Source: Trueperaceae bacterium
GTDB lineage: Bacteria > Deinococcota > Deinococci > Deinococcales > Trueperaceae
DNA: 64,000 nt
Direction: 5' to 3'
NCBI GenBank assembly: GCA_965213925.1
Contig: OZ243927.1
Location: forward strand, 4,128,001 to 4,192,000
Shown: in pieces, positions 41,066-49,306 of the stretch
Layout of the letters: the number at the start of each line of letters is the position of its first letter
Position numbering within the stretch: the stretch's first letter is position 1
Notes under the pieces: model-generated
Seen by the model: the letters and a program-made list of their open reading frames with translations, nothing else
What the model was told of the DNA's origin: nothing
The model's database searches: none
Program-made: the position numbers and the translations under genes

Positions 41066-41287
41066 TTGCGTCTCCTCTTCTGCTCGTTTCGGTTTGTCAT
41101 CTTGACTTCGCTTGTTCAGTCCATCTGTAACGTCGGTTCAGCTCAATTCAATCTTACAGCCAGTTGTGTCTACTCTACGCCCCACTATGACACAAAACCT
41201 TTGTCCTAAGCTGTAATCACGCGGTTGGCGAGTCTCTAAAGAACTCCATAAGAATAGTAAGGGGAGAATGAGGAGATAAACTAGCGT

Positions 41288-41719
41288 GTGTCTCTAATTT
41301 TTAGCTTACACCTCGCCGCGACGCTCTTCATGACGGGCGTCATCTGGTTCGTGCAAATCGTCCACTACCCTCTCTTTGGTGGCGTGGGCGAAGCGAACTT
41401 TGCCGCCTATGAGGGGCGGCATACGTGGCTGACGGGTTTAGTCGTCGCGCCGCCGATGCTCTTGGAGCTTGCAACGGGCGCGGCACTTCTTTGGCGTCGT
41501 CCCGAAGAGGTCTCCCTACAAGAGGTCATCGTCGGACTCGCCCTACTAGGCGTCATCTGGTTTTCTACGTACCTCTTACAGATTCCGCGCCACACGGTTT
41601 TAGGTGAAGGCTTCGACGTAACGGCGCACCGCGAACTCGTTTTAACGAATTGGGTGCGCACCGCCGCTTGGAGCCTCCGCGCAGGACTGGTGCTCTGGTG
41701 GGTGAACCGGCTTTTGTAG
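41288..41719 (+). CDS. Conserved 4-TM membrane protein
   Basis: M.G.IWFVQ.VHYPLF..VG, P.MLLE, NW.RT..W. TAAACT box 5 nt before GTG. Confidence 0.75.
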   Translation: MSLIFSLHLAATLFMTGVIWFVQIVHYPLFGGVGEANFAAYEGRHTWLTGLVVAPPMLLELATGAALLWRRPEEVSLQEVIVGLALLGVIWFSTYLLQIPRHTVLGEGFDVTAHRELVLTNWVRTAAWSLRAGLVLWWVNRLL

Positions 41720-41750
41720 AACAGCTCACGTGAAACACGTGGAAACGAAA

Positions 41751-41834
41751 GGTGTCCCGTTTTGTGTACATGTGAACATGCATCTCTTTCGCTCGCAGTC
41801 TTCGCCTAATCCCCTACACAAAACGTGGTACACC
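41751..41834. mobile_element. 84-bp TIR-bounded mini-element
   Basis: GGTGTCCCGTTTTGTGTA ... TACACAAAACGTGGTACACC. No clear target duplication. Confidence 0.45.
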
Positions 41835-41837
41835 GCC

Positions 41838-41864
41838 AAAAATAAAAGGAGGGTTTCCCCTCCT
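41838..41864 (-). terminator. Terminator after the GlsB-family gene
   Basis: AGGAGGG-GAAA-CCCTCCT followed by a T-run on the minus strand. Confidence 0.65.
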
Positions 41865-41888
41865 CAGCAGACTCTTACGAAACTGGAG

Positions 41889-42137
41889 CTACGTTCGGCT
41901 CGTCACAGCCTTGACGATGAGTAGTAGCACCACTGCGCCGACAATCGCCACGAGGATGCTATAGATGTTGAAACCTGTTACACCCGACGCGCCGAATGTT
42001 TGAAAGATAAAGCCACCGATGAACGCGCCTACGATGCCTACAACGATGTCGAGCAAGATGCCCTGATTCGACTTGACGATGAGACTGGCAATCCAACCTG
42101 CAATTGCGCCTAAGATGATCCACAGCAGAATATTCAT
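41889..42137 (-). CDS. GlsB/YeaQ/YmgE (transglycosylase-associated) stress membrane protein
   Basis: WIILGAIAGWIAS.I....G...DIVVGIVGAFIGG....S.LVAIVGAVVLL. Confidence 0.92.
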   Translation of the reverse strand: MNILLWIILGAIAGWIASLIVKSNQGILLDIVVGIVGAFIGGFIFQTFGASGVTGFNIYSILVAIVGAVVLLLIVKAVTSRT

Positions 42138-42306
42138 GTTTCTCCTTCATGAGGTCGAGAGGTATTCGGAGTTTAAGATATTATATGCTTAGAGCCTTCC
42201 CCCTTTGATTATTGGATTGATAGATGTCCTAATGTTACCCTCAGCATTCTATTGATACTGTAATGTGAGAAAAACAACATTAGCTTAGCGTACAGATATC
42301 CTTTCA

Positions 42307-42531
42307 TTAACTCAGCTTGCGCACGAGCCACGCGAGTCCGTTGAGAACGAAGGTTAGTGCAGCGCTGACGACGAGCATAGACGTTAGCGGGATGAAGAGG
42401 GAAAAGCCTTCGCGTTGGACGCGGATGTCGCCAGGCAGATGACCGAACCAACTGAGCGCTTTAGGGAAGATCAGCCGGAGAACGCCTGCTGCGACGAAGA
42501 CCAGACCGATGAGGATGAGAACTCGAGCCAC
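42307..42531 (-). CDS. DUF2905 membrane protein
   Basis: G.LPGDI......F..FIPLTSMLVVS. Confidence 0.85.
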   Translation of the reverse strand: MARVLILIGLVFVAAGVLRLIFPKALSWFGHLPGDIRVQREGFSLFIPLTSMLVVSAALTFVLNGLAWLVRKLS

Positions 42532-42534
42532 CTC

Positions 42535-43605
42535 TTAACCCCCTTTTGAGCGGACGACCTCACCCCGCTCTAACGCCTCTTGCGCCATGAACGCGGGGAG
42601 GAGTCCCTCTAGCCCCATTCTCGCGTCGCAGTAAACGTCTTCCTCGCCGCGCACCGCCCTGATAAACGACTCGTGCTGCGCTACGCTGCCGTGATGGACG
42701 GGTTCCTCTACGCCCTCGGGATGGGTCATCTCAAAGGTTTGGACCTTATCTTCCGTCTGTAACTCCAACACCTTACGGTCTTCGTGTGCGATGAGCAAGC
42801 CTCCGTCGCCGAAGACACCAACCTCTAAGCGGTGGCGAAAGGGCGCGGTGAAGGAGATGCTTAGGGTGGCTTGTGCGCCGCGAGTGAACTCGAGCCCCAC
42901 CACCGCGTTGTCAGGAACGTCCGTTTGGTCCACGCGCCACCTTTTGCCGATGATGTCGGTCACGGTCGCCCCATCCTTAATAAGCGCCTGCGTGCCGAAC
43001 GCCGCCGCCACCACCACGCGCTGACCCAAAAACCAGTTGAACAGGTCGAAGTGGTGGCAGTTTTTCTCGGCGAAGACGCCGCCTGTTCTCGAGGAGAGGT
43101 AGCGCCAGGCAGCAGGAAGAGGTCGCCGGAACTCGTGGCAGTACGCCATGCGCGGCGTGCCAACTGCGCCTTCGTCAATCATCGTTTTCATCCGCCAAAA
43201 GAGGTGCGAGTAGCGAAAGACGTAGCCGACTTGCAGCGCTAAATCCGTTTCCGCTTGCACGCCCACGAGGTCTTCGGCTTCTCTTCGGGTTGTCGCCATC
43301 GGCTTTTCCAAAAAGACGTGTTTGCCCGCGCGGAGTGCCGCCGCCGCAAACTTTGCGTGGCTGTCGTTGGGCGTAGCGATGAGTACGGCGTCTAGGTCGG
43401 CTCGAGCGAGCACCTCATCCACTTCACTGTGAAAGTCAACTGGATACCCTAAGACCTCTTCAGCCAACGGTTTCTGAGAGGGCAAGAGGTCGGCGACGGC
43501 GACGACTTTCGCGCCGGGGAGCGAGCGAAGGACGGGCAGATGTTCGCGCAGCACGATATCGCCGCAACCGATGACGCCGTAACGGATAGGCTTCGTGGAG
43601 GACAT
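42535..43605 (-). CDS. Gfo/Idh/MocA oxidoreductase
   Basis: YGVIGCG, DAVLIATPN..H, GKHVFLEKP, GG.F.EKNCHHFDL. Confidence 0.92.
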   Translation of the reverse strand: MSSTKPIRYGVIGCGDIVLREHLPVLRSLPGAKVVAVADLLPSQKPLAEEVLGYPVDFHSEVDEVLARADLDAVLIATPNDSHAKFAAAALRAGKHVFLEKPMATTRREAEDLVGVQAETDLALQVGYVFRYSHLFWRMKTMIDEGAVGTPRMAYCHEFRRPLPAAWRYLSSRTGGVFAEKNCHHFDLFNWFLGQRVVVAAAFGTQALIKDGATVTDIIGKRWRVDQTDVPDNAVVGLEFTRGAQATLSISFTAPFRHRLEVGVFGDGGLLIAHEDRKVLELQTEDKVQTFEMTHPEGVEEPVHHGSVAQHESFIRAVRGEEDVYCDARMGLEGLLPAFMAQEALERGEVVRSKGG

Positions 43606-43647
43606 GAGCACAGTGTATCGGAGTTGCTGGGTATCGGAGTTGCTAAT

Positions 43648-43733
43648 TACGGATTCCGATGATTACGGAATCCGTAATTCTTTCTACTCGCTACACTCGG
43701 GGTAATTCCTGCGGGAACTACCCGGAAACCGTA
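43648..43733. mobile_element. 86-bp MITE-like element related to 1359-1402
   Basis: TIR TACGGATTCCG/CGGAAACCGTA (1 mismatch) followed by TAA; internal perfect 14-bp stem AATTACGGATTCCG/CGGAATCCGTAATT. Confidence 0.55.
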
Positions 43734-43896
43734 TAACGCGGTCTCAATTAGGAAAAATGAGGGGATGGCGAGAGGAGAAGCGCCGCCTCTGTTCTCATCC
43801 CCTTCTCGCCTTATCTCTTTTGGATGTGAACTTCGTTAAACCCGCCATGTTTCGCGCCGCTTAGCTTTGAACCTCAGAGTTTTGTATCGTACATTA

Positions 43897-43997
43897 TATG
43901 AGGTTGCATGACTCAGTTCGCAAAACTAAGTCATGCCTGTCACGGATGGTAAGCTCAGATGCTCTCAGTAAGGATAAGTAAGCTATGCAATTCCGTA
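43897..43997 (+). mobile_element. MITE family B copy 1
   Basis: TATGAGGTTGCAT...ATGCAATTCCGTA, flanks TTA/TTG. Homologous to 59812-59936. Confidence 0.8.
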
Positions 43998-44106
43998 TTG
44001 AAGGTTAGAGGCGCTGAGGCGTCAAGCTGGAGTTAAAGAGAGACATTTGCCACTAGAGAATTTTTAACGCACGCTTTAGCGTGTTGTCTAAGAGGAGAAC
44101 CTACCC

Positions 44107-44775
44107 ATGAACTCATCCACGCAGAAACTCACCGCTTACACCGCCATCGGGCTTATCGTTTTAATCGTCGCCGCTATCGTCTACGTTCAGTTCGGCAGCG
44201 GACAGAGCAGCGAGATAAGCGCCAACGGCGAGCTTGACCTCTCCAACCAGCCGAGCTTAGGCGAAGAGGGTGCGCCCGTCCAAATCGCGCTCTTCGAAGA
44301 CTTCAAGTGCCCCGCCTGCGGTAGCTTCACGCAGACCGTCTTTCCGCAGATCGAGCGCCAGTTCGTCGAGAGCGGTCAGGCGGAAGTCTTCTTTGTCAAC
44401 TACCCCTTCTTAGGTCCGGACTCCACGACCGCCGCGATCGCCACTGAATGTGTTTACGAGCAGGACGAGGCTGCGTTTTGGGACTACAAAAAGTTCATCT
44501 TCCGCTCGCAGGGTCCAGAGAGCCAAGAGTGGGCGACGCCCGAGCTTCTCACGAACTTGGCGAGGCAGAACCTGCCGAGCATCGACGCGGACAGGCTCCG
44601 TACCTGCATCGACGAGCGGCAGTTTGCGGACCGCGTCGAGGCGGAGTCGCAGATGGGTTCGGCGGCGGGCGTGAACAGCACACCGTCCGTATACGTCAAC
44701 GGCACGAGGGTCGAAAGACCCGACTTTGCCTCGGTCAACGCAGCGGTTCAGAGTGCCTTAGAGCAGGCTAACTAA
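44107..44775 (+). CDS. DsbA/BdbD-like thiol-disulfide oxidoreductase
   Basis: N-terminal TM, P.LG...APV.I..FEDFKCPAC, GV.STPSV.VNG. Confidence 0.92.
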   Translation: MNSSTQKLTAYTAIGLIVLIVAAIVYVQFGSGQSSEISANGELDLSNQPSLGEEGAPVQIALFEDFKCPACGSFTQTVFPQIERQFVESGQAEVFFVNYPFLGPDSTTAAIATECVYEQDEAAFWDYKKFIFRSQGPESQEWATPELLTNLARQNLPSIDADRLRTCIDERQFADRVEAESQMGSAAGVNSTPSVYVNGTRVERPDFASVNAAVQSALEQAN

Positions 44776-44785
44776 GGTTAGTTAG

Positions 44786-45268
44786 GTGACGCTGACACGC
44801 TTTCTCCGAGACTTCGGGCTTTACGCTGCCTGGCTGGTCGCCATCGTCGCGATGGCAGGCAGCTTATATTTCAGTGAGGTGCGCGCGTTTGTGCCCTGCA
44901 ACTTCTGCTGGTATCAGCGCATCTTGATGTACCCGCTCGTCATCCTCTTAGGTATCGCTAGCTACCGCCAAGACCGTAACGTTATCCCTTACGCGCTACC
45001 CTTCACGATTCTCGGAGGCGGTGTGGCGCTCTTTCACTATATGGAGCAAAAGATTCCCGGCTTCGGTGCGCCCGAGCTGTGCCGCGTCGGGGTGCCCTGC
45101 AACGTCGCCTACATCAACTGGCTCGGTTTCATCACCATCCCCTTCTTGGCCCTGATCGCCTTCGTTCTCATTACAACGATTCTCGCCGGGGTTCTTTTCA
45201 CCTCACGCGGACCTCAGAAAGGGTACACTTCGGGGAAGGACGCTTTGGACACCCAGAGCGCCATTTAG
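44786..45268 (+). CDS. DsbB/BdbC-like disulfide bond formation protein
   Basis: GSLYFSE...FVPC.FCWYQRILMYPL, C..GVPC...YINWLGFITIPFL. Confidence 0.93.
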   Translation: MTLTRFLRDFGLYAAWLVAIVAMAGSLYFSEVRAFVPCNFCWYQRILMYPLVILLGIASYRQDRNVIPYALPFTILGGGVALFHYMEQKIPGFGAPELCRVGVPCNVAYINWLGFITIPFLALIAFVLITTILAGVLFTSRGPQKGYTSGKDALDTQSAI

Positions 45269-45541
45269 TACGTTACTTCCGGTTGAGATATGAGGGATTT
45301 TTTAAAGTTGCTAGGTTTGTATCACGCAGATTGCACAGCTTTGCTGTAACGGAACTTCATCACTTGATGTGAGTGCTCATTAGCCTCGCTCAAAGTGAAA
45401 GTGTCGCCGACCACCATCGCTGCGCGAGTACTAACGTGAACCGAGCGAAGTGAGACGGACTTCGATACCTGCTATAAACCGTGAGCCCCGCCACAGCAAC
45501 CCACCTCAAGAGCACCATTGAATAGAGAAAGAGGAGGCGTT

Positions 45542-45778
45542 ATGCCACACATCATCTGCGAGCCCTGCATTGGCGTGAAAGACCAGTCCTGCGTGGACGT
45601 CTGCCCCGTCGAGTGCATCTACGAAGCCGACGACCAGTTCTACATCCACCCCGAAGAGTGCATCGATTGCGGCGCGTGCGTGCCCGCGTGTCCGGTGTCG
45701 GCCATCTACCCCGAAGAGGACGTGCCCGAGGAGTGGGAGTCGTTCATCCCGCTCAACTACGAGCTTTCAGGTTTATAA
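45542..45778 (+). CDS. Dicluster (7Fe-type) ferredoxin
   Basis: MPHIICEPCIGVKDQSCVDVCPVECI...HPEECIDCGACVPACPVSAI. GGAGG RBS. Confidence 0.95.
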   Translation: MPHIICEPCIGVKDQSCVDVCPVECIYEADDQFYIHPEECIDCGACVPACPVSAIYPEEDVPEEWESFIPLNYELSGL

Positions 45779-45817
45779 GAGGTTGGCTCGAGCTAGGAGC
45801 CACAAGTGACGAAGAGG

Positions 45818-45848
45818 TGGTCTGCAAAGAAGTTTGCAGACCATTTTC
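45818..45848 (+). terminator. Rho-independent terminator after ferredoxin
   Basis: TGGTCTGCAAA-GAAG-TTTGCAGACCA followed by TTTT. Confidence 0.75.
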
Positions 45849-46234
45849 TATTTGAAGAGGCTAAAGTTAGTGCTTCAAAAGACGCTCTACTGCATCTCTG
45901 TAGGTATTGCTCCGCTGTTCTCTAAACGTTCACATCGAGGGCAGATCGCTCGAATAAGCTCAGACGTGGACGCCATTCAAACTGCGCTCGATGCCAACCT
46001 ACTCGCCTTCTTCCTCATTGCGCTAGAATAACTCCCGAACTAAACTTACCTACCCTCACCCGCTACGAGTTTTTTCGGTGACATAGGAAATATGGGGCTG
46101 CCGATTACACGCTCTACTTGTGTATGGGGAGGCGAGGCTCGAGCAACCTGACACACAGCACAACCTTTCAAGTATTCACTGCGAATATCGGTAAGATATA
46201 CATGAGGTAAGGCTACGGTTTGAGAGGACTCCCC

Positions 46235-47449
46235 ATGAACATCACCATTTTGACCAACGAATACCCTCCCAACATCTACGGCGGCGCGGGCGTCCACGTC
46301 GAGTATCTGACGAAAGAGTTGGTGGGGTTAGAGAACGGTTCTCACACCATCCGAGTCCTCTCCTTCGGCGAGCAAAACGAGCAGAGAGATAATTTGAGCG
46401 TACAAGGAATCAAGCCCGACTTCACCCCGCCCTCGAAAGACCCGCGCCACGCGAAGTTCATGGACACCTTGCAGCGTGACCTCGTGATGGCGGGCAGCGT
46501 TCAAAATGCCGACATCGTTCACTGCCACACCTGGTACGCGCACTTCGCGGGCTGTTTGGTCAAGCAACTCACGGGCGCGAAGCTCGTCCTTACGACGCAT
46601 TCCCTAGAACCCCACCGCCCCTGGAAAGTCGAACAACTCGGCAGCGCCTACTTCGCGAGCACCTGGATCGAACGCACGGCATATGAGAACGCGGACGGCG
46701 TCGTCGCCGTTTCAGAATCCATGAAGCGCGATGTGAACGAGCTTTACGGCGTCCCCTTTGAGCGCACCCGCGTCATCCCTAATGGCATCGACTTGGACGA
46801 ATACAAACCCAAACCGGACGAAGCGGTCTTAGACCGCTACGGCATCGACCCGAACACCCCTTACGTCCTCTTCGTCGGACGCATCACGCGGCAAAAAGGC
46901 ATTTTGCACCTCGTCAACGCGATTAAAGACTTTCGCCCTGGCACGCAAGTCGTCCTTTGTGCGGGCGCACCCGACACGAAAGAGATCGAGGCGGAGATGA
47001 CGGAGCGCGTCGAGACAGCGCGGGCGGAGGGCGACCAGAACATCCTTTGGGTTCGGCAGATGGTCCCGCGTGAGGACATCATCACGCTCTACACGCACGC
47101 GGCGCTCTTCGTCTGCCCATCCGTCTACGAACCCTTCGGCATCATCAACCTAGAGGCGATGGCGTGCGAAACGCCCGTGGTGGCGTCTGCGGTGGGCGGC
47201 ATCCCGGAAATCATCGTGGACGGCGGGACGGGTTTGCTCGTTCCTTTCGAGCAAGTAGGGGAGAACAACTTTGAGCCGAAAGCGCCAGAGAAGTTCTCTA
47301 AAGATTTGGCGAAAGCGGTGAACGAATTGCTCGAGAACCCTGAGAGGTTGGAGGCGATGGGGCGAGCCTCGAGGGAGCGTGTGGAGGAGAAGTTTAGTTG
47401 GGGTGCGGTGGCGGCTGAGACGCTAGAGTTCTATAAATCACTCTTATGA
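46235..47449 (+). CDS. glgA: Glycogen synthase, actinobacterial GlgA/GlgM-type GT4
   Basis: LT.EYPP..YGGAGVHV..L, H.HTWY, HSLEP.RPWK.EQLG, FVGRITRQKG, CPS.YEPFGIINLEAMAC. Confidence 0.9.
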   Translation: MNITILTNEYPPNIYGGAGVHVEYLTKELVGLENGSHTIRVLSFGEQNEQRDNLSVQGIKPDFTPPSKDPRHAKFMDTLQRDLVMAGSVQNADIVHCHTWYAHFAGCLVKQLTGAKLVLTTHSLEPHRPWKVEQLGSAYFASTWIERTAYENADGVVAVSESMKRDVNELYGVPFERTRVIPNGIDLDEYKPKPDEAVLDRYGIDPNTPYVLFVGRITRQKGILHLVNAIKDFRPGTQVVLCAGAPDTKEIEAEMTERVETARAEGDQNILWVRQMVPREDIITLYTHAALFVCPSVYEPFGIINLEAMACETPVVASAVGGIPEIIVDGGTGLLVPFEQVGENNFEPKAPEKFSKDLAKAVNELLENPERLEAMGRASRERVEEKFSWGAVAAETLEFYKSLL

Positions 47450-47497
47450 GGTGACTGCGCCACAACCTCTTCGGTAAAACGCTAGAATAGAGTCGAG

Positions 47498-47863
47498 ATG
47501 TCAGATTATCAAGCCCTGAGAGATGAGGTAGACACGCTCAAGCGTAGCGTGCAAAGCCTGGAGCAAGGTGAACGTTTTGCCATGCTTGAGAAAATCATCG
47601 ACGCGAATACCAGAGCGGTGCAGGAATTCACTGAGTCGAGCCGTTTTCAGCTCAGTGAGCAGAACCGGCGGATTGAGTCACTCGAGGCCAACCTTAGTGC
47701 AGAACTCAGTAGAATGGACGCGAGAATTGACGCATTAGACGCCAAAATCGAGAGGTTTAGAACGAACTTAGAGAACAAAATTGCTCACTCGCAAACTGTG
47801 ATTTTGAGCGCGATTGCAGCGGTGGGAGTGATACTAGCAGCGATTCAGATTATTACAGCGTAA
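47498..47863 (+). CDS. Small coiled-coil protein with C-terminal TM (accessory)
   Basis: Heptad pattern (RMDARIDALDAKIERF) and hydrophobic C-terminus. TAGAAT box upstream. Lower GC. Confidence 0.75.
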   Translation: MSDYQALRDEVDTLKRSVQSLEQGERFAMLEKIIDANTRAVQEFTESSRFQLSEQNRRIESLEANLSAELSRMDARIDALDAKIERFRTNLENKIAHSQTVILSAIAAVGVILAAIQIITA

Positions 47864-47943
47864 GAGGGTTGAAGGTGAGAGGCTCGAGTTCTACAAGTCG
47901 CTTCTGCAACGTAATTTGGCTCTAAAACCCAAGCTAGATGCGC

Positions 47944-48474
47944 CTAAATCTGCTCGAGCAAAAACCGAGCCGGAAGCAACAATAAACTTGGCGACAAAAA
48001 TAGAAAAAATGAGGTTAGTTTACCCTTTTCGAACAGCTCACTGAGCATTAAAACCAATACGATAAACGACCAGATTGCTAAAACGCCTCCAAGAACTGAA
48101 GCGAAAAAGGAGAAAAATATTAAAGAGTCAGTATCGAGGTTGAAAACGTAGAGGAAATCTGCAGGGATGAACAGCAAATCAGTAGAGGTCTCGATAAGTA
48201 GAATACCGTGTATGAGAGTAATTCGACTTTGCTTAGTGAAGCGATGTGTAAACTCACTTGTCATCAATGGTGCTATAGCGCTTACTATTAAAAGCCAAAA
48301 GACATCGAAAAAGCTCTGCTCGGGGTAAGCGAAAAAACTGGTTGCCGTGTATAAGAAAGTGGTGAACGTATAAAGAACTATCGTCGTACGGAGGTTAATT
48401 TGTTCAAGAAGCTGATGAAACGTTTGACGAGGTGTTCGCCAGGCATGATAAGTAAGGAGCAGAAAGGCGTTCAT
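47944..48474 (-). CDS. Hypothetical membrane protein (Yip1-like), low GC
   Basis: W.TPRQTF start, about 5 TM helices. Confidence 0.65.
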   Translation of the reverse strand: MNAFLLLTYHAWRTPRQTFHQLLEQINLRTTIVLYTFTTFLYTATSFFAYPEQSFFDVFWLLIVSAIAPLMTSEFTHRFTKQSRITLIHGILLIETSTDLLFIPADFLYVFNLDTDSLIFFSFFASVLGGVLAIWSFIVLVLMLSELFEKGKLTSFFLFLSPSLLLLPARFLLEQI

Positions 48475-48540
48475 AATGACATCTCGAACTTCAGCCTATC
48501 TGCGATCAATCACAAAGTTGGTGCGAATCTCACTTAGCTT

Positions 48541-49176
48541 CTAATTCAGCCGCACCTCTTCTTCCACCTCATCCAAGTGAGACACGTCGTTGCTAAACGC
48601 CACTCGCCACTCGCCATTTTCCTTCTCGAGCTTGGTCAAGCTACACAAAGGCGCGGAGTCCTCTTGATTGCCCGTGAGCGCCTGCACTACGCCACTGACC
48701 GTCGCACCGTGTCCGACGAAAAGGAGCGTCCCTTTGTACTTCTCAACGATGAGTTCGGTGGCTTCGCCCATGCGCGACACGTTGGCCTCGTCGTCTTCGG
48801 GGAAAACAGGGTGCAAAAGAGGTTCGTGACCTAATTCGACGTTGGGAAAGTCTTCGGATAGGCGTTCATGGGAAAGGATTTCAGGCTCGCCGGAGAAGTA
48901 GGTCTCGCTCAGCTTCTCGCCTAAACCGGGCTCTAAAAACACCCGCTTGTTGAGCTTCTCCGCGATAAGCTGCGCAGTCTGCACCGTGCGCAGATAGGGC
49001 GAGGCGAAAATTGTGTCGATAGGGATGTCTTTAAGACGCTCGGCGAGCTGCTCGGCTTGCTCTAAGCCATCGGGCGAGAGTCCGGGGTCGTCGGGGCGTT
49101 CGGCGGTGTCGCGCCAGGTGTCGTCCACAAAGTCTTCGCGGTTGCCGTGGCGGGCGAGCCAGAGGGTACGGCTCAT
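48541..49176 (-). CDS. Histidine phosphatase (phosphoglycerate mutase) family protein
   Basis: LARHG, FASPYLRTVQTA, LFVGHG, ND.SHL. Confidence 0.92.
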   Translation of the reverse strand: MSRTLWLARHGNREDFVDDTWRDTAERPDDPGLSPDGLEQAEQLAERLKDIPIDTIFASPYLRTVQTAQLIAEKLNKRVFLEPGLGEKLSETYFSGEPEILSHERLSEDFPNVELGHEPLLHPVFPEDDEANVSRMGEATELIVEKYKGTLLFVGHGATVSGVVQALTGNQEDSAPLCSLTKLEKENGEWRVAFSNDVSHLDEVEEEVRLN

Positions 49177-49306
49177 GCGGGTCTTCCTGCTGAGTTTAGA
49201 AGGGGATTCGTAGCGGAAAAAGAGGGTACAGATATAGGTCTTATCACGCTCTTTACCCTACGTCTAAAGTGCGAGTTTGACCGTAAGAGAGGCTCAGGTG
49301 AGCGTT

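Noticed and set aside
45380..45520. Cobalamin riboswitch before the ferredoxin
   Set aside because: Only GCCCCGCCAC resembles the motif. The GGGAA..GGTG..AATCC and B12-box segments are missing.
45834..46031. 65-aa ORF between ferredoxin and glgA
   Set aside because: Starts inside a terminator hairpin, with no RBS or family features.
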